A DNA stretch of 62,646 nt, counting the filler, from Jimgerdemannia flammicorona (lineage: Eukaryota), in the NCBI GenBank assembly GCA_003990765.1. It is 3 parts of 3 records of this genome, joined end to end, with 100 filler letters (N's around TTAATTAATTAA, not from the genome) between each part and the next. Parts side by side here need not be neighbours in the genome. Positions count along the whole stretch, not along the records: positions 1 to 20,817 come from RBNJ01001584.1; positions 20,918 to 41,733 come from RBNJ01001585.1; 1 more part is not named here. One strand, 5' to 3'. The position numbers and the translations under genes are program-made. The notes below the pieces were generated by a model. The model saw nothing but the letters and a program-made list of their open reading frames with translations, was not told where the DNA came from and ran no database searches. Positions 12,395 through 25,099 of this stretch are shown here, piece by piece (position 1 is the first letter of the stretch; each line of letters opens with the position of its first letter).

Positions 12395-14419
12395 ATGGTG
12401 ACTGACAGGCAACCTGAGGTGCATACTGGGCAGGGTGGCCCAAGCACTTTCGACTGGCAGCAGGTGGGGAGGGGTCCAGGCCTGGGGGGAGGTATGAGGG
12501 GGCTGCTGGCTGGTGGACGTGGAAGGGGTGGAGGAGGTGGCGGAGGCTCAGGAGCTGGGAGGATGAGCTTCACGGAGACGGTGAAGGGGAGACAGCAGGC
12601 ATCAGGGCTAGAGGGCTGGCTAAGGAAGGGCAAGGAGGCCAAGAAGGTGCCAGTGCAGGGGGGAGCAGCCCTTGGAAGGGGGGGCAGTGGAGCTGGGGGA
12701 GTAGCGGCTGGGGGGAGTGTGACTGCTGATGGCAAGGGGACTGTCAATCTGGAAAAAAATCCAGATGTGATGGCTGATGGTGAGGCTGAGTGGCTGAGGC
12801 TTAGAAGACAAGGGGACTTGGTGGATGGTGTAATGGGTCTGGCAGTGGCCCTGTTACTCAAAAAATCGATCTCAGCCTTTGCAGTTACACTGTGCTTCTG
12901 GGGCCTAGCGGTGATGGTGAAAATGGTGCTGAGGCTCATCACTAAGCAGGTGGCAGGAGCAGCATCTGTGAAGTTTTTGAAGGGACTAGAGGGAGTGGAG
13001 GTGGGTTTTGAGGAGGTAGCACTGCTGGAGGAGGCACTGAAGATTGGATTGGTGATTGGAGAGGTGTGTGTTCCAATGGTGCATTGCCTGAAGTGGGATC
13101 CCAGGGTGGTCCAACTGCTGGTGAAAGGAGTGCTGACAGTGACAGTGATAGAGATGAGAAAGAGAGTTGAGGATTTCATGGCAGAATATGGGGAGGTGGT
13201 GGATATCAGATTCTGGGTCTGGGAAGGGACCTCGCTCAGGACTGGTGATGTGGATGTGAGGATTCAGCTGGCTGGGAAGGAAGCTACTGGGAAGGCGAGG
13301 GACTGGCCTTCAGCAATGGTCTGGGGAGCAATCTTGTGTAAGGTGACAAGGGTGAAGGGAAGTAAGGAGGAGGAGGAGGATTTATTGGAAGCACTAGAAG
13401 AGTTAGGTGGTACTATAGAGAGGCGAGCGAAGGCTTGAGAGGCCTTTGTGGAGTTGATGCACTTGGAGGTAGTGGATGGAAAGTGGATTCGGGTGACCAA
13501 GGAGCAGTGGGAAAGGGCTCAGGGGCATAAGAGACAGAAAGAGCTGCTGGCCAAGCTGGATAACAGACCACTGGGGGATGCGAGCAAGGTGAAGGGCATA
13601 GGAGGAGCTGAAGCGAGCATCTGGGCTGGCGAGGGGGAGGGGAAGGACAAGAAGGAGGCAGGGGAGGATAAGGAGAAGCCTAGTAAGGACCCATATGCTG
13701 ATGGTATGCTGGAGGTTTGGGAGGAAGACTGGGAGAGCTCCCCTACTTCTATCCCTCTTATCAGGCATGGCCCGGCTGCCCAAAACAGGGTGGTAGAAGA
13801 TGTGCCAATATGAGGGGCCCAGAGGGTGCAATTTGGAGTTCCGGAGGTGGCATATGGGAGACAGGTGGTGGTGGCTGGCGAGGAGGAACTAGTGGATGTC
13901 CCGGAGGTATGGGATGAGTCTGTAAGTGCTGGAGCTGATACCACAATGTTGGATGGAGGGAGGCCAGTGACTCCTGGGGGGAAGGAGGTGGGGAACTTAC
14001 TTTGGATATGCCGGATGATGAATAACCTGGCAGTGGAAGAGTTGGGGGAGGTGGACTTGCGAGTGATGAGTGATGAGCATTGGGCAGAGATACTGCAGGG
14101 GGATGGAGTGATGAAGGCATTGAAGGTGGAAATTCTTGCAGTGTACATGGAGGAGGAAGGGTATGAGGTGGATAAGGAGAGGGAGGCAGAGATGGCGGTC
14201 ATTGCTGGAGAGAGGGCTGAATACTGCTGGAACAAGTGTCATGGACTGCAGCTCTGGCAGGAGGCATGCATTGAATACTGAGAGGAGTTCGAGGAGAAGG
14301 CAGATGGAGAGATGAATGAACTGCTAGCACGATTGGAGGCTCAGAGGGCAGAAGAGGAGGAGGTGGCTGCGGAACACAATCTGGATACGACACAGGAGGA
14401 GATGAGCATGGAGCAGTAG
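12395..14419 (+). pseudogene. LINE B ORF1 (Gly-rich N-terminus, RRM-like region, acidic C-terminus)
   Basis: ORF pieces 12395, 13448 and 13826 are in one frame, separated by stops. The motif MAEYGEVVDIRF...GTSLRTGDVDVRIQL is typical of L1-clade ORF1. Confidence 0.8.
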
Positions 14420-14449
14420 TGATCGATTGACAATATAACATATTTCATT

Positions 14450-17400
14450 ATGAATAGTACAACCAACATTTTTTCTTTAAACATAAATGGGTTACAGGGT
14501 GCTGCTTGACATAGGAACATTTTTACTTGGATGAATGGATTGGAGGCCGATCTCTTCCTCTTGCAGGATATCAGGTATGAGAATGATACTGATAAGATAG
14601 AATGGACAAAGGAATGGGGAGGTGGGGTGATTTGAAAGGGCAAGGTTGGGATTTTGGTTCAGAAAGGCAGAGGGGAGATACAGGATGTGAGGAGCTGGGG
14701 GGAGAGACTGGTCTGGAGTGAATGGATTCATGCAGGCTGGGAGCCGGTTACAGTTGGCTCCTGCTACTGCCCTGCAGTATGGAGTGAGTAAGTAGATTGG
14801 GTGAAAGGCTTACAGGAGAGTGGGATTCTGGCAGAGGCTGGGGTGGATATGCTTGGGGGAGATTTCAATATGGTTCAGGACATACTGTTGGATAGAACAG
14901 ATGGAGGTCAAGGTGCTGAGAGCAAGAGTGGAGGACTGGTGGCATGGGAGGAGGTAGAAAGACTAAGTGTGCTGATAGATGCTGGTAGGGAGTGCTGGGG
15001 GAATAGGAGAGTTTATACACATTGGGCCGGGGGTCTGGGGACAAGAATTGACTGGATTTTGATGGCCAGCTGCTGGGGCCTAGATGTTTGGAAGTCACTG
15101 GAGGTGGAATGGTATCCATGGTCGAATCACTGGGGGCTTTTGGGACAGGGGTGTTTTGGGGGAAGTGGGGATGGGCCTGGACATTGGCGCCTCAATTCCT
15201 CTTTGTTAGATGACAAGACCTGGTGGGATGAGTGGGCTAAGGACATCCAGCTGAGGGTGGAGAACTGGCAGCAGGAAGGGGCCTCAGTTGGGGTTTGGTG
15301 GATGAGGATGAAGGAGATGGCCAAGATTTACTGGAGTGAGGCTGGCAAGGAGGCAGGGAAGCAGCAAAGGTGAAGAGTGTGTTGGGCTTCTACTAGATTA
15401 ACTAGGCTCCTGGAGGAGTGGGCAAGGCTGACAATGTTGGAGGGAGAAGAAGATTGGAGATTAATGAGGGCGAAAATGGAGGTTGGGGAACTACAACAGG
15501 TGCTGCGGGAAGAGGAAGAGGCAAGGGTACAGGGCTTGGTGGCACGGCTTCATTGGCAGGATCTGGAGGAAGGAGAGAGGCCTTCCAAGTTTCTTACAAG
15601 GGCCCTTAGGGTGAGGCGAGTACAGCAATGGTGGGAAGGGGTGTTGGACTCAGATGGTACACTGGTGCATGGTGTCCAGAACATTCTTGGATCACTGAAG
15701 GAGAGATGGAGTGGATTGTGGAGTGAGGAGGAGGGTGGGGCAGATGCTGCTACCATTGACTGGACATTGGAGGATTGGCACCCACCACAAGTCGAGGGGC
15801 TAGGTGACCTGGTGATGCCTGTACAGGAGGAAGAGATCCACCAGGTTCTTGCCATGACAATGCCAGGTATGGCACCTGGGGAAGATGGTCTGCCCTGGGA
15901 CTTTTGGAAGTGAATGGTTGGAGTCCCAGGAGTGATGGGAGAGATGACAGCATTGTGCGACTTTATTCTGCAGATAGGGAGGTGGGTGGGGGAGCAGGAC
16001 CTGGGGCTGGTGACGCTGCTTTATAAAAACAAAGGAAGGCAGGAGAATTGGAAGAACTGGCGGCCGATAATGCTGCTAGATATGGACAGAAAGTTGGTGA
16101 CTAAGGTGGTGGTGGCGAGACTACAGAAGGTGGCCCAGCAAATCGTTGGTGTTGAGCAGAGGAGATTTGTGGGTGGTCAGCTCATCAGGGATGGTACTGT
16201 CTGGGTACATGGAGTTATTGAAGGGGCAAGGGCCTGTGGACTGGATGGGTGTCTAGTCTTCTTGGACCAGGAGAAGGCTTATGACCAGATGTGAAGAGTC
16301 TGGCTGGCGAAAGTTTTGGACAGAATGGGGGTTTTGAACCAATTCAGGTCAGCAATGGTCAGCCTACTGGAAGGGAGTAGGGCTGCACTCCTATATAATG
16401 GACATAGAGGGGTAGCATTTCCCTTGGGTAGGGGGGTGCCCCAGGGGGACCTGCTGTCTCCCATTTTGTATGCTCTTTCCCTGGAACCCCTTATAGACAG
16501 AATTAGGCGGAGGATAGTAGGGCTCTCTGTCTTTGGCATAGGATGGAAAGTTGGGGCCTTTGCAGATGACATGGTGGTTGGTTTGGGTTCGATTGCTGAT
16601 GTCGAGGAACTCAAGAAGACCATGGAGTGGTATGAGGAGAATTCTGGGGCTAAGCTGAATTAGCATAAGTGTGAAATGATGGTGCTAGACAATGGCCTGG
16701 TGGGAGGGGAGGTTATAGGAACAATCATCCCTACCAGTGAAGCAGTGTGGTACTTGGGCATCTATTTGTCGGTCTATGGGTCGGTTCTGCCCAGGCTTTG
16801 GTGGGAGCAGAGAATTGGAATCTGGGAGGAGGCCCTGTGGAGTTGGGGGGGAAGACAATTTTCGCTGGCAGGGCAGGTCTCAAATTTGAATGTCTACTGG
16901 CTGCCAAAGTTGTGGTATCTGGTGAATCATCTGGACTTCCCAGCCTGGGTGGTGAAGAGATTGATGAAGGCAGCAAAGGGATGGATAGGCAGAGTCAGAT
17001 TGGTTGGGAGACCTTGTCCCTACCAGTGGTAAGAGGTGGTCTTGGGCTGGTTGACTATCCAAAATGGTTACACTGCTTGAGAGTATGGTGGCTAAAGAGG
17101 GCAGTGGAATTAAGAGGAGGTAGTTGGGTTCCTCTGCTACAGAAGATCTGGGAGAGGAGGTCATTGCCAAGGGGCTCAACTGGTGATCTCCTCTCATTGA
17201 TTGGACTTCAGAACACTGCACAACTGCGATATAAAGGATTTTGGTGGGGGATAGCAGAGGGGGTGCACTGCATTGGAATTCGTTGGCAGGGGAATGAGGG
17301 AGAGGAGGCTTGGGACCTGGCAATGTGGAGATAGGATCATATACTGCTGGGTGGCGCCCCTTTAATTGAGTTTGACATTGGTGATGAAATAGAATACCAG

Positions 17401-18096
17401 AGGGGACCAGGCCAGGATCTGTGGCCTAGTAGTTGGCAAGGAGTTGGAATTGGCGAAGAGTGGAACTGGTATAGTGTTTGGACCTAGAGTGCCACAGTGA
17501 GAAAGTGGATGCCATCAAAGTACTGGGTAGTATGGTGGTGCATGCTGTGGAGGAATGTTATGCTCAACTTTCATTCAGGGCACCTTATTGTAGGGGGTTG
17601 CTTCAACTGTGAGGAGTGCCATAATGTAGGGCAGGAGGGGGGTTATGTACAGACACCTGAACATTGGCTAGGAGAGTGTGAGGTGTTGGGGGATTTTTGG
17701 CAAGAAATTGGGAGATGCTTGGGTGTACAGCATAGGGGAGATGAAGTACAGGGGAGGTGGGAGGAATTGAGGGATAGATTGGTAGGGGGGATAGGAAAGG
17801 AGTGGCTTACTTTAGGTTGGGCTTTAGCTATTTGGGTGGGACTGGCCAGTCACTGGTTATTTGTTTTTGAGGATGGGAGGCAACAGGGCTTGGGAGACTG
17901 GTTGTTGTGGTGGCATAGGCTTATGGAAGACACCTTAACAGGCTGGTGGCTTGGTTGGGGGCTGCAGGGTGGTCGGAGGTGCTGCTTAGTGGAGAAAATT
18001 TATGGACAGAGTGGGGGGAGAGTCGAAGTAGTTGGTGAAAGGGTGATCTTTATTCATGAGGAGGTGGGGAGGGGCCCCCCTATGGGGATTGGGTAG
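14450..18096 (+). pseudogene. LINE B ORF2 (APE endonuclease, RT, C-terminal CCHC)
   Basis: IFSLNINGL, GGDFN, RIDWIL, GPGHWRLNSSLL, PGEDGLP, NWRPIMLLD, LDQEKAYD, GVPQGD, FADD, YLGI, C-x2-C...EHWLGEC. Several stops and a frameshift near 16990. Confidence 0.93.
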
Positions 18097-18165
18097 TGGG
18101 TGATGATGATGTATACTTATTCTTAGACTGGTAATAAAGACGGAGTCCAAGTGACTATAAAAAAA

Positions 18166-18227
<62 letters not shown>

Positions 18228-18236
18228 TTGCCCAAA

Positions 18237-19810
18237 TCACTGCCCCAATTTGAATCCTTCTTAAAAAAAGAGTACCTTATAAATGGACAGAATCACAAGA
18301 GAAAGTATTCAGGGAACTCAAGCACCATATGACTACTGTACCAATCCTTATCTGCCCCAATCTACAGAAGTCATTCATCTTGTATACAGATATCTCCAAA
18401 GATGGCCTAGGAGCAGTTCTAGCCCAAGAAGGATCTGACCAACAATACTATATAATAGCTTATACAAGCTGAGCTACCAATCAGCAACAAATGAACTATG
18501 GTAGTACTAAATTGGAATGCCTTACAGTTATATAAGCAGTTACCCTGTTCAAGTATTACCTTATTGGAAAAAGATTTACTCTGATAACAGACCATATAGC
18601 TCTCAAATGGCTATTCAACTATAAGGAATCTACTGGAATCCTAGCCTGCTAGATCCTTATCCTTTAGGATTACAAAATCACCATCATTCACAAAGCAGAG
18701 AAAGCTTACAACAATGTTGATATACTTTCCTGCCAATCCTAATAAACCAGAAGAATGGTATACTGAGGAACTACACCCTGAAGGAAGCTTCTCAGACTAT
18801 CAAAGAACAAGAAGATCTCATCTAAAAAGAACATCAGAAAGCCTATCAGAGATAGATAAATATAGAAAAAAAGCTGTGAACAATATATCAACATTGGCCC
18901 AATCTCAGAACACAAGTCTGGAATATAATTAAGAAATGTGATACCTGCTAGAAGTACTAGAGAAGAAAGAACTACCAGGCACTACTACTACTAATTATAC
19001 TACCAAACAACATCTTTTAGAGATGGAGAGTAGACATAATTAGACTCCTATCAGTTATACTAAGAAGAAACAAGTATATCCTTATATTTGTAGAATATCT
19101 GACCAAGTGGCCTGAGGCTTTCCCAATGGAAATCGTAGATACCTTGACTATTGTAGGCCTTCTCTATGAACTCACACTCAGATATGGACCCCCAGAAGAA
19201 CTTATCTCTGACTAAGATATAGAATTCATCAATAATATAATCATAAGTTATGTCTGAATCCACAAGATCCACCTTAAATAGAAAACATTATATCACTCTC
19301 AGATCAATGGTATGATAGAAAAAATGAACCAGACCATCAAGAAAGAACTTGCCCAAGTCAACTCTATTAACTGAGACCTCTGCTTACCTGAGATCCTATG
19401 GAAAATTTGGAACACCCCTGCTACCTCTAGCAAACAAAAGCCCTTTGAGATGATGTTTGCTAAGAAAACTAGAACTGCTGACTATAAGAATCTTGGAGAC
19501 CTCCTCAAGAAGGCAGAATAGTTATGTAATTAAGCCTGAGTTGAGATTATCAAAGTCCAAGAAAGATAAAGAAAGTACTATGATCAGAAGCAGAAGGATC
19601 AAAAGATCAAGATTGGAGATCAAGTACTAGTTTAGAGAAGTATAATTGAAACAAACTTTGTCACTAAACTGGAGCCCAAATGAGAAGGATCTTATATTAT
19701 ATACAACATGAAAGAAACCAGTATTTATTTAAGAAGTATGGATGGATGAGTCCTGAGGATACCAGTATATATCAATTATCTCAAAATATATCTCTCTCCA
19801 CACCATGAAT
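18237..19810 (+). mobile_element. Ty3/gypsy pol, 3' part (RT thumb, RNase H, integrase remnants)
   Basis: Reads on from KNFAQ into ITAP after the TSD. RNase H YTDISKDGLGAVLAQ. Integrase-like EYLTKWPEA and a GPY-like region near 19680. Confidence 0.85.
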
Positions 19811-20216
19811 TAGAGAATTGACAACTGCCTCCAGACTCTTATACTCAGCTCTCTCCAAGCTCTACCAGTTCCTCTGCCACAGTTCTGAGCACCCAATGGA
19901 AATCCAGATTTATCAAGAAAATCTCACTTTGGCTGAGAGACTACTCCAGGTCCACCAGCTGCAGGCCTACTATGTAATTGGAGAACAGTTGCAGAATCTT
20001 CCCCTCCCAGACCTAGCCTATATCCACAACATTACTGGTTTGAACAGAAGAAATACCACTGCTGTAGAATGACTATATACAATCTACAAATGGAACCCTT
20101 CATCCCTGATCCAGGCCCAGTTCTCTCTGAATGATCTTCAAAGAATGACTCTACCCACCTACCTCAGTATCATCCACTAAGTTGAGATCCTATTCTCTGA
20201 GGAAGAAGAGGAGCCC

Positions 20217-20817
20217 TGTAAGAGGGTTGCTTTTTAGGGTAACCGTTACGTAGTTCTGGAAGGGTTTTCTGGATATTCTGGATACTCTGGAAGACCGTTT
20301 TCTTATGGTCAAGATCAATTTCGTATGGAGTACGTCCTCTACGCTTATTGATTTCAAGATCGGGTTGACGTCTCAACCAAAGTCCTTTTTCGGACTAGTT
20401 CTGGATGTTCAGGATTTTCCGTATTTCAGGAAGTTCAAGAAACTAAGACCAGCTTAGTTGAATTGGCGTATCGCTGCAGACAATACCCAATTAGGAAATT
20501 TCGTGACGGAGTTAGGAGTAGGACCTAACGGGGAGCGGATTTACTTAAGAGTGGTTTGTGGGTTATGAAATAGGTTTATTCGCTATTCATGATATTGCTA
20601 TACTAGGAGTAGTTGTGTGAAGGGGTATTGTGGGGAAGTGCTCAGGAGTTGTGTTCGGATTGTTCAAGTGTTCAAGTCTGAGATTCTGAGGTCTGGGGGA
20701 GGGGGTATTTATACTAGTGAGGGGCTATCTGGACTATGCTAGATATGGATGTAGCACTAAGTGCTTTGCTGAGTCGGAATGCAGTCACGTAGTACAAGTG
20801 TGATCTGACATGTCAAG
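20217..20817 (-). repeat. 3' portion of a long LTR (same family as 37937-39382), reverse orientation, cut by the segment end
   Basis: The reverse complement aligns with about 38790-39382 and shares the terminus ...CTTACA. Confidence 0.85.
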
Positions 20818-20917
20818 NNNNNNNNNNNNNNNNNNNNNNNNNNNNNNNNNNNNNNNNNNNNTTAATTAATTAANNNNNNNNNNNNNNNNNNNNNNNNNNN
20901 NNNNNNNNNNNNNNNNN
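20818..20917. other. Artificial contig linker
   Basis: Exactly 100 nt of N with a central TTAATTAATTAA (stops in all six frames). Confidence 0.98.
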
Positions 20918-22337
20918 GATGCAGAAGCAGCCTATGCTTATTGGGATGATGACTGAAGAATAGCCTGAGACAGACTACTCTTCAGTGGGGGCTGATGTGA
21001 CAAGCCAAGACGTACCACCCGAATCATATCTTAACCAGATGACATGAACAAGATGACGCAAACACTTAGCTTAGCAACCAGCAACCCTTGCTGTGGAACC
21101 TATATAAATAGCCAGACATACCAGAAAGGGTCTGTTTACCTGTACAGACTCTGTACACCGTACAGACTCTGTACACTGTACAGGTCCTGTACACCATACA
21201 GACTCTGTACACCTGCCATAAGTAGCAGATCTATAGTTAGCCACATAGTAACCAGATAGCAACCAACTTGTATAAATTACCCCAGTGGCGAGAGTGAATA
21301 AAACCTCAGTCCGAAATACAAATACCAAACAAGCCTCTAAAGATTGAGCATTGGTCCCCTTTCCACTCCAGTCCACTTTCCGATACAAAGCTGATTTCGC
21401 CGCCAAGTTCAAGGAAGAACTTCACCGCCTTTGGATTGATTGGTTCGCTTGCCAGATAAGCCTGAAGACTTGCCACCTAAGTTCAAGAAGAACTTCGCCC
21501 CCTTTTGAAGAGAAACCCTTGGTTCGCTTGCCAGATAAGCCTGAAGATTTCTGCCGCCTTTCTTGCCACAAGCCAGTCTTTCTGACGCAACTTCGCAGTG
21601 GAGCCAGTCTACGATGTAACCCCGCGCAAATGAAGCCAGTCTTTGACGTAACTTGCCAAGAATCCGAGTTATTCCCCATTTCTAAGTTATCCGCCGTATT
21701 CCCAGTTAAAGCCGCCATTTTCAAGAAACCCGCCAAATCCACATCGTCCGCCACTTTCGAGTTATCCACATTCCCAGAAAACCCATGCCATCCGAGTAGT
21801 ATTCCCAGTTGAAGCCGAAACCGCGACATCCGAGTTATTTGTTATTCCCAGTGAGCCTAGGAAGAATCCGCGCCATACAATTCCCAGTGAGCCAAATTGG
21901 GTTATCAGCCAGTTCGCCGCATTCCCAGCTGACCCGCATAAGGAACCCGCCGCGCTACACAGAAATCGTCGTGCTACACAGAGATCGTCACGCAGAAATC
22001 GCATAAGGAGAACCGCTAAATTACCAGACCGTCACGCACAGAGATTGTCGCGCTACACAAGACCGTCACCCAGAAATCGCATACTTTTGGAGATCGCCTC
22101 GCTACACAAAATTGTGCCATTCCCAGTTGACCCAAGAAGGAAAAGACATACAAATCACCACTACACCCAGAGAACCGTCCCAATAAGGAAATCACTCGCA
22201 CAGTATCCAGATCTTGACTATTATACCGCTAAACACCAAGAACATTTTGTTGCTTTTAACAAAGTAACTGGGGGCTCAAGCCAAACTACATCAACCCCCA
22301 ACCTTGTAATTTGCCTCCATTGAGCCGGCACATTACA
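20918..22337 (+). repeat. Probable 3' part of a long LTR with internal tandem repeats
   Basis: Two TATA-like boxes (TATATAAATAGCC near 21101, GTATAAATTACCCC near 21270) as in the 37937 LTR, AATAAA near 21297, and an end in ...CATTACA. Confidence 0.5.
21141..21212 (+). repeat. 18-bp tandem repeat x4 (consensus YGTACAGACTCTGTACAC)
   Basis: Four adjacent units visible directly. Confidence 0.9.
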
Positions 22338-22760
22338 CTATAGATATATAGCATACTTGTTTACAAACTTCAACAATTTCACCTCTCTCTTCTCATCAAC
22401 CTCATACTCCTTTTCCTCTAGTAGTTACTATTAACTCATCTTAAAGCCTGCATATCACCTCACCTTCTCACAATACATCACCCCAGAATGTCTTATCAAT
22501 AATGTAAAAATCCACTCCTCCCAACTTCTCAGTAGTAATATTTGACAGTATCTTCTATAGCTCCTTCTCATCTCCCACCATCTCTCCTCTAGAGTCTACT
22601 CTTACTGACTTATTCCAGCTCTCTTCTAGTATAGCTTATTCTCACCCTCTACTGTTGGGACCTCATATCAGACTTAGGCTCCTTCCTCTATCTCAATATC
22701 TTCTACTATAGTATCTTCTCCTTAAGCCTCACTCCTCTTCTAAACCTCTTCTTATGATAT
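22338..22760 (-). mobile_element. Highly decayed LINE ORF1-like fragment
   Basis: Purine-rich minus strand resembling the ORF1 C-terminus of the other LINEs (EEKEYEVDEKRE-like segment). Confidence 0.45.
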
Positions 22761-25099
22761 TACTGGTTCTTCTGCTTAGACACTAGCTATAATAACTCTT
22801 ATTTCTATCTCTCTCTTATTCTTTAGATAATAGAGAAATAAGGTATTACTTAGGAACTTAGTATACAATATATACTAAGTCTTCAGTATAAGGAAGTACT
22901 TACTTGAAAATAGTTATAGTGGCAGTGCTCTTCTTATCAACTATAGTTATAAGAGACTTATTCTTTGCTATACATAGACTGAATTCACCTTGGAATTCAG
23001 GTTCAATAGGTTTACTTAAGTCTTTGTGATTTATATACCAGTCTCAGTTCTGGTAGAAGTTAGCTAGACTTCTGGAGTTTAGTCAAAAATACTAGAGTCA
23101 CTTAGATATCATTACTAAGACTCAGAGAAATATGTGTATATGGAGGGGGACTTGATTCTTATATCAAGAACTATACTAAAACTACTTTATTTTGGATGGA
23201 AACTGGGGAGTATTTATACAAGTTGGTCTGTGATTTCTAACTAAGTATAAGTAACTAATTTGGTAACTATGGTAAGATTTGTGATCATGATCTTTATTAA
23301 GTAGTTTGTGATCAGGAATACTTTGTGATCAGGACCTCTATTGTTAGGCAATAATTAGTATTGCTGTGGCACTGGTTGCTATAGTATTGGTTGCTGGAGA
23401 TAAGCTGGATATCATTTTTTACATTATTTATTTATTATATTTACATATTGTATGTTATGCTTAATCATAATATCATTACTGAGTTATATGCTCTCTTATT
23501 ATTACATATTATATCTCACTCATTTGCTCTATTACATCTTTTTCCTCTTAGAAATCAATATCCTCATTAATTCAGAAATTGAGAACTAGGGGAGAGTAAG
23601 GTGGAGAATTTTCCTCAGTATTGTTATCTTCCTCTCCAGTAGCTGGAGGAGTAGTTGCTGATGGTTCAATGTCCAGGATAGAGAAGTCAATGAGGTCTGC
23701 AAATAGTTCTTAAACTGATATGGGCATTGAGATAGGGGTTCTCCATCTAATATAGTTGGAATAATCCAAGTAGAGTTCTTGATCCTTATACTTGAGGATA
23801 TCTATTCAGATGAGTAGTCTTTCAAAGAGATCAGCGAGATCTTAGAACCATTAGTCTGGGTTGTTATTCAGAAGGAGACTCTAGTAGGGTTTATAGTCAG
23901 TGGACTTGAGGGTAATCCAGAAGTTAGCTTCTTGGGCTACCTTGATCTCTAGCTCATCAACCTCAGAAAAGAGATTCTGAAAATCCTTTAGTTATATATA
24001 GTTGAGGTTGGGGATTGCAAAGAGTACATAGTGCATTATTTGATAGACCTTCTTGACTAGTCTTTGCTTGTGTCTGTCTAGGTTGATCCAGTCTAAGATC
24101 TGGTCAGTAGGTAGGCCATTTGTATATTAAAGAAATTGATGGCCTATTTTATATTTGTACCAGATTTCTAGGTAGCTGGTAGTAAGGTAGACCCTTCTAA
24201 TAAGTTCATAGTAGTCAAGGACATACTATCCTAAGTTCTAGCTAGAGAGGTTAAGGGCCTTAGAGCAGTAGTTCCTTCCTTAGATAGTAATGATATATTC
24301 AAAGAGATGGTCAACCTGGCTTGAGAGGGACTGGCTATAGCAGGCTGTTTGGTAGTGGGTAGCAGGCATTCTTGTCTTATCTTTTCTTTAGAGAGAGGAG
24401 AGAGTGATGAGAATTGTAGTATGTTCTTATCTGGAGTATTTATACTTATTTACCTATTTAGTATAACTTTATTTTGATTATATTTTCTAGTAGAAATATA
24501 TGACCTATTGCTATAAGTAGGACATGTGCTGATTATATGGGAAAATCCTGATTTCAAAAATATTACCATATTGCAATTGTGGTTACACAGAGTTGACAGA
24601 TCTTAGTCCTTCTTTTTTTTATCTTATTGGTACATTTGTGAGGACTGACCATTCTTGTCTAGAGTAAGGGCTCCCATTGTCATGACTGGGAGTTTGAACC
24701 TCTTGGAAATAGTATTTCTTGTAATTTGAGACAATTTCTAGTAATAATATCTATTACATAGAGACTTAGATTGGTTTCAATATTATCAGCTTTCTTAAGT
24801 TCTATATGAAATATCCATTATTCTCTAGTGGAGATGATACAGATAGCATGAAATAGAGTTGTTCAAATATGTTTTACTATACCTTGTTAGGCTGTCCTTT
24901 GCCTGAGTATCCTCTTGTTGATTAATTATAGTGTTCCTTTTTCTGTAATGTTTGGTATTGTATATCTTGTATAAATATATAGTGTCTTCTTTTTTTGCTA
25001 TGTGCTCTAAGTTTTAGAGCTGCAGTTTCTTCCTTTACTAGTGAGTGAGTATTTCTATGAAGTCCTGGAGGGCTTCATATACATTCTCCAGAACTTCTT

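Larger units (their letters stand above)
12309..18220 (+). mobile_element. Full-length L1/Tx1-clade LINE copy B with poly(A) tail and 16-bp TSD
   Basis: TSD AAGAACTTTGCCCAAA at 12293-12308 and 18221-18236. AATAAA at 18134 and poly(A) at about 18159-18220. ORF1 and ORF2 present. Confidence 0.97.

Noticed and set aside
12358..14441. Long antisense ORFs (273 aa, 238 aa and others) over the LINEs
   Set aside because: Shadow ORFs caused by the extreme purine (G-rich) strand bias of the LINE coding strand.
21141..21212. CRISPR-like short repeats
   Set aside because: The 18-bp units are directly tandem with no unique spacers. The context is a eukaryotic LTR and there are no cas genes.
21351..22323. 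Overlapping 90-150 aa ORFs on both strands
   Set aside because: They arise from a GC-rich repetitive LTR-like region and have no domain signature.
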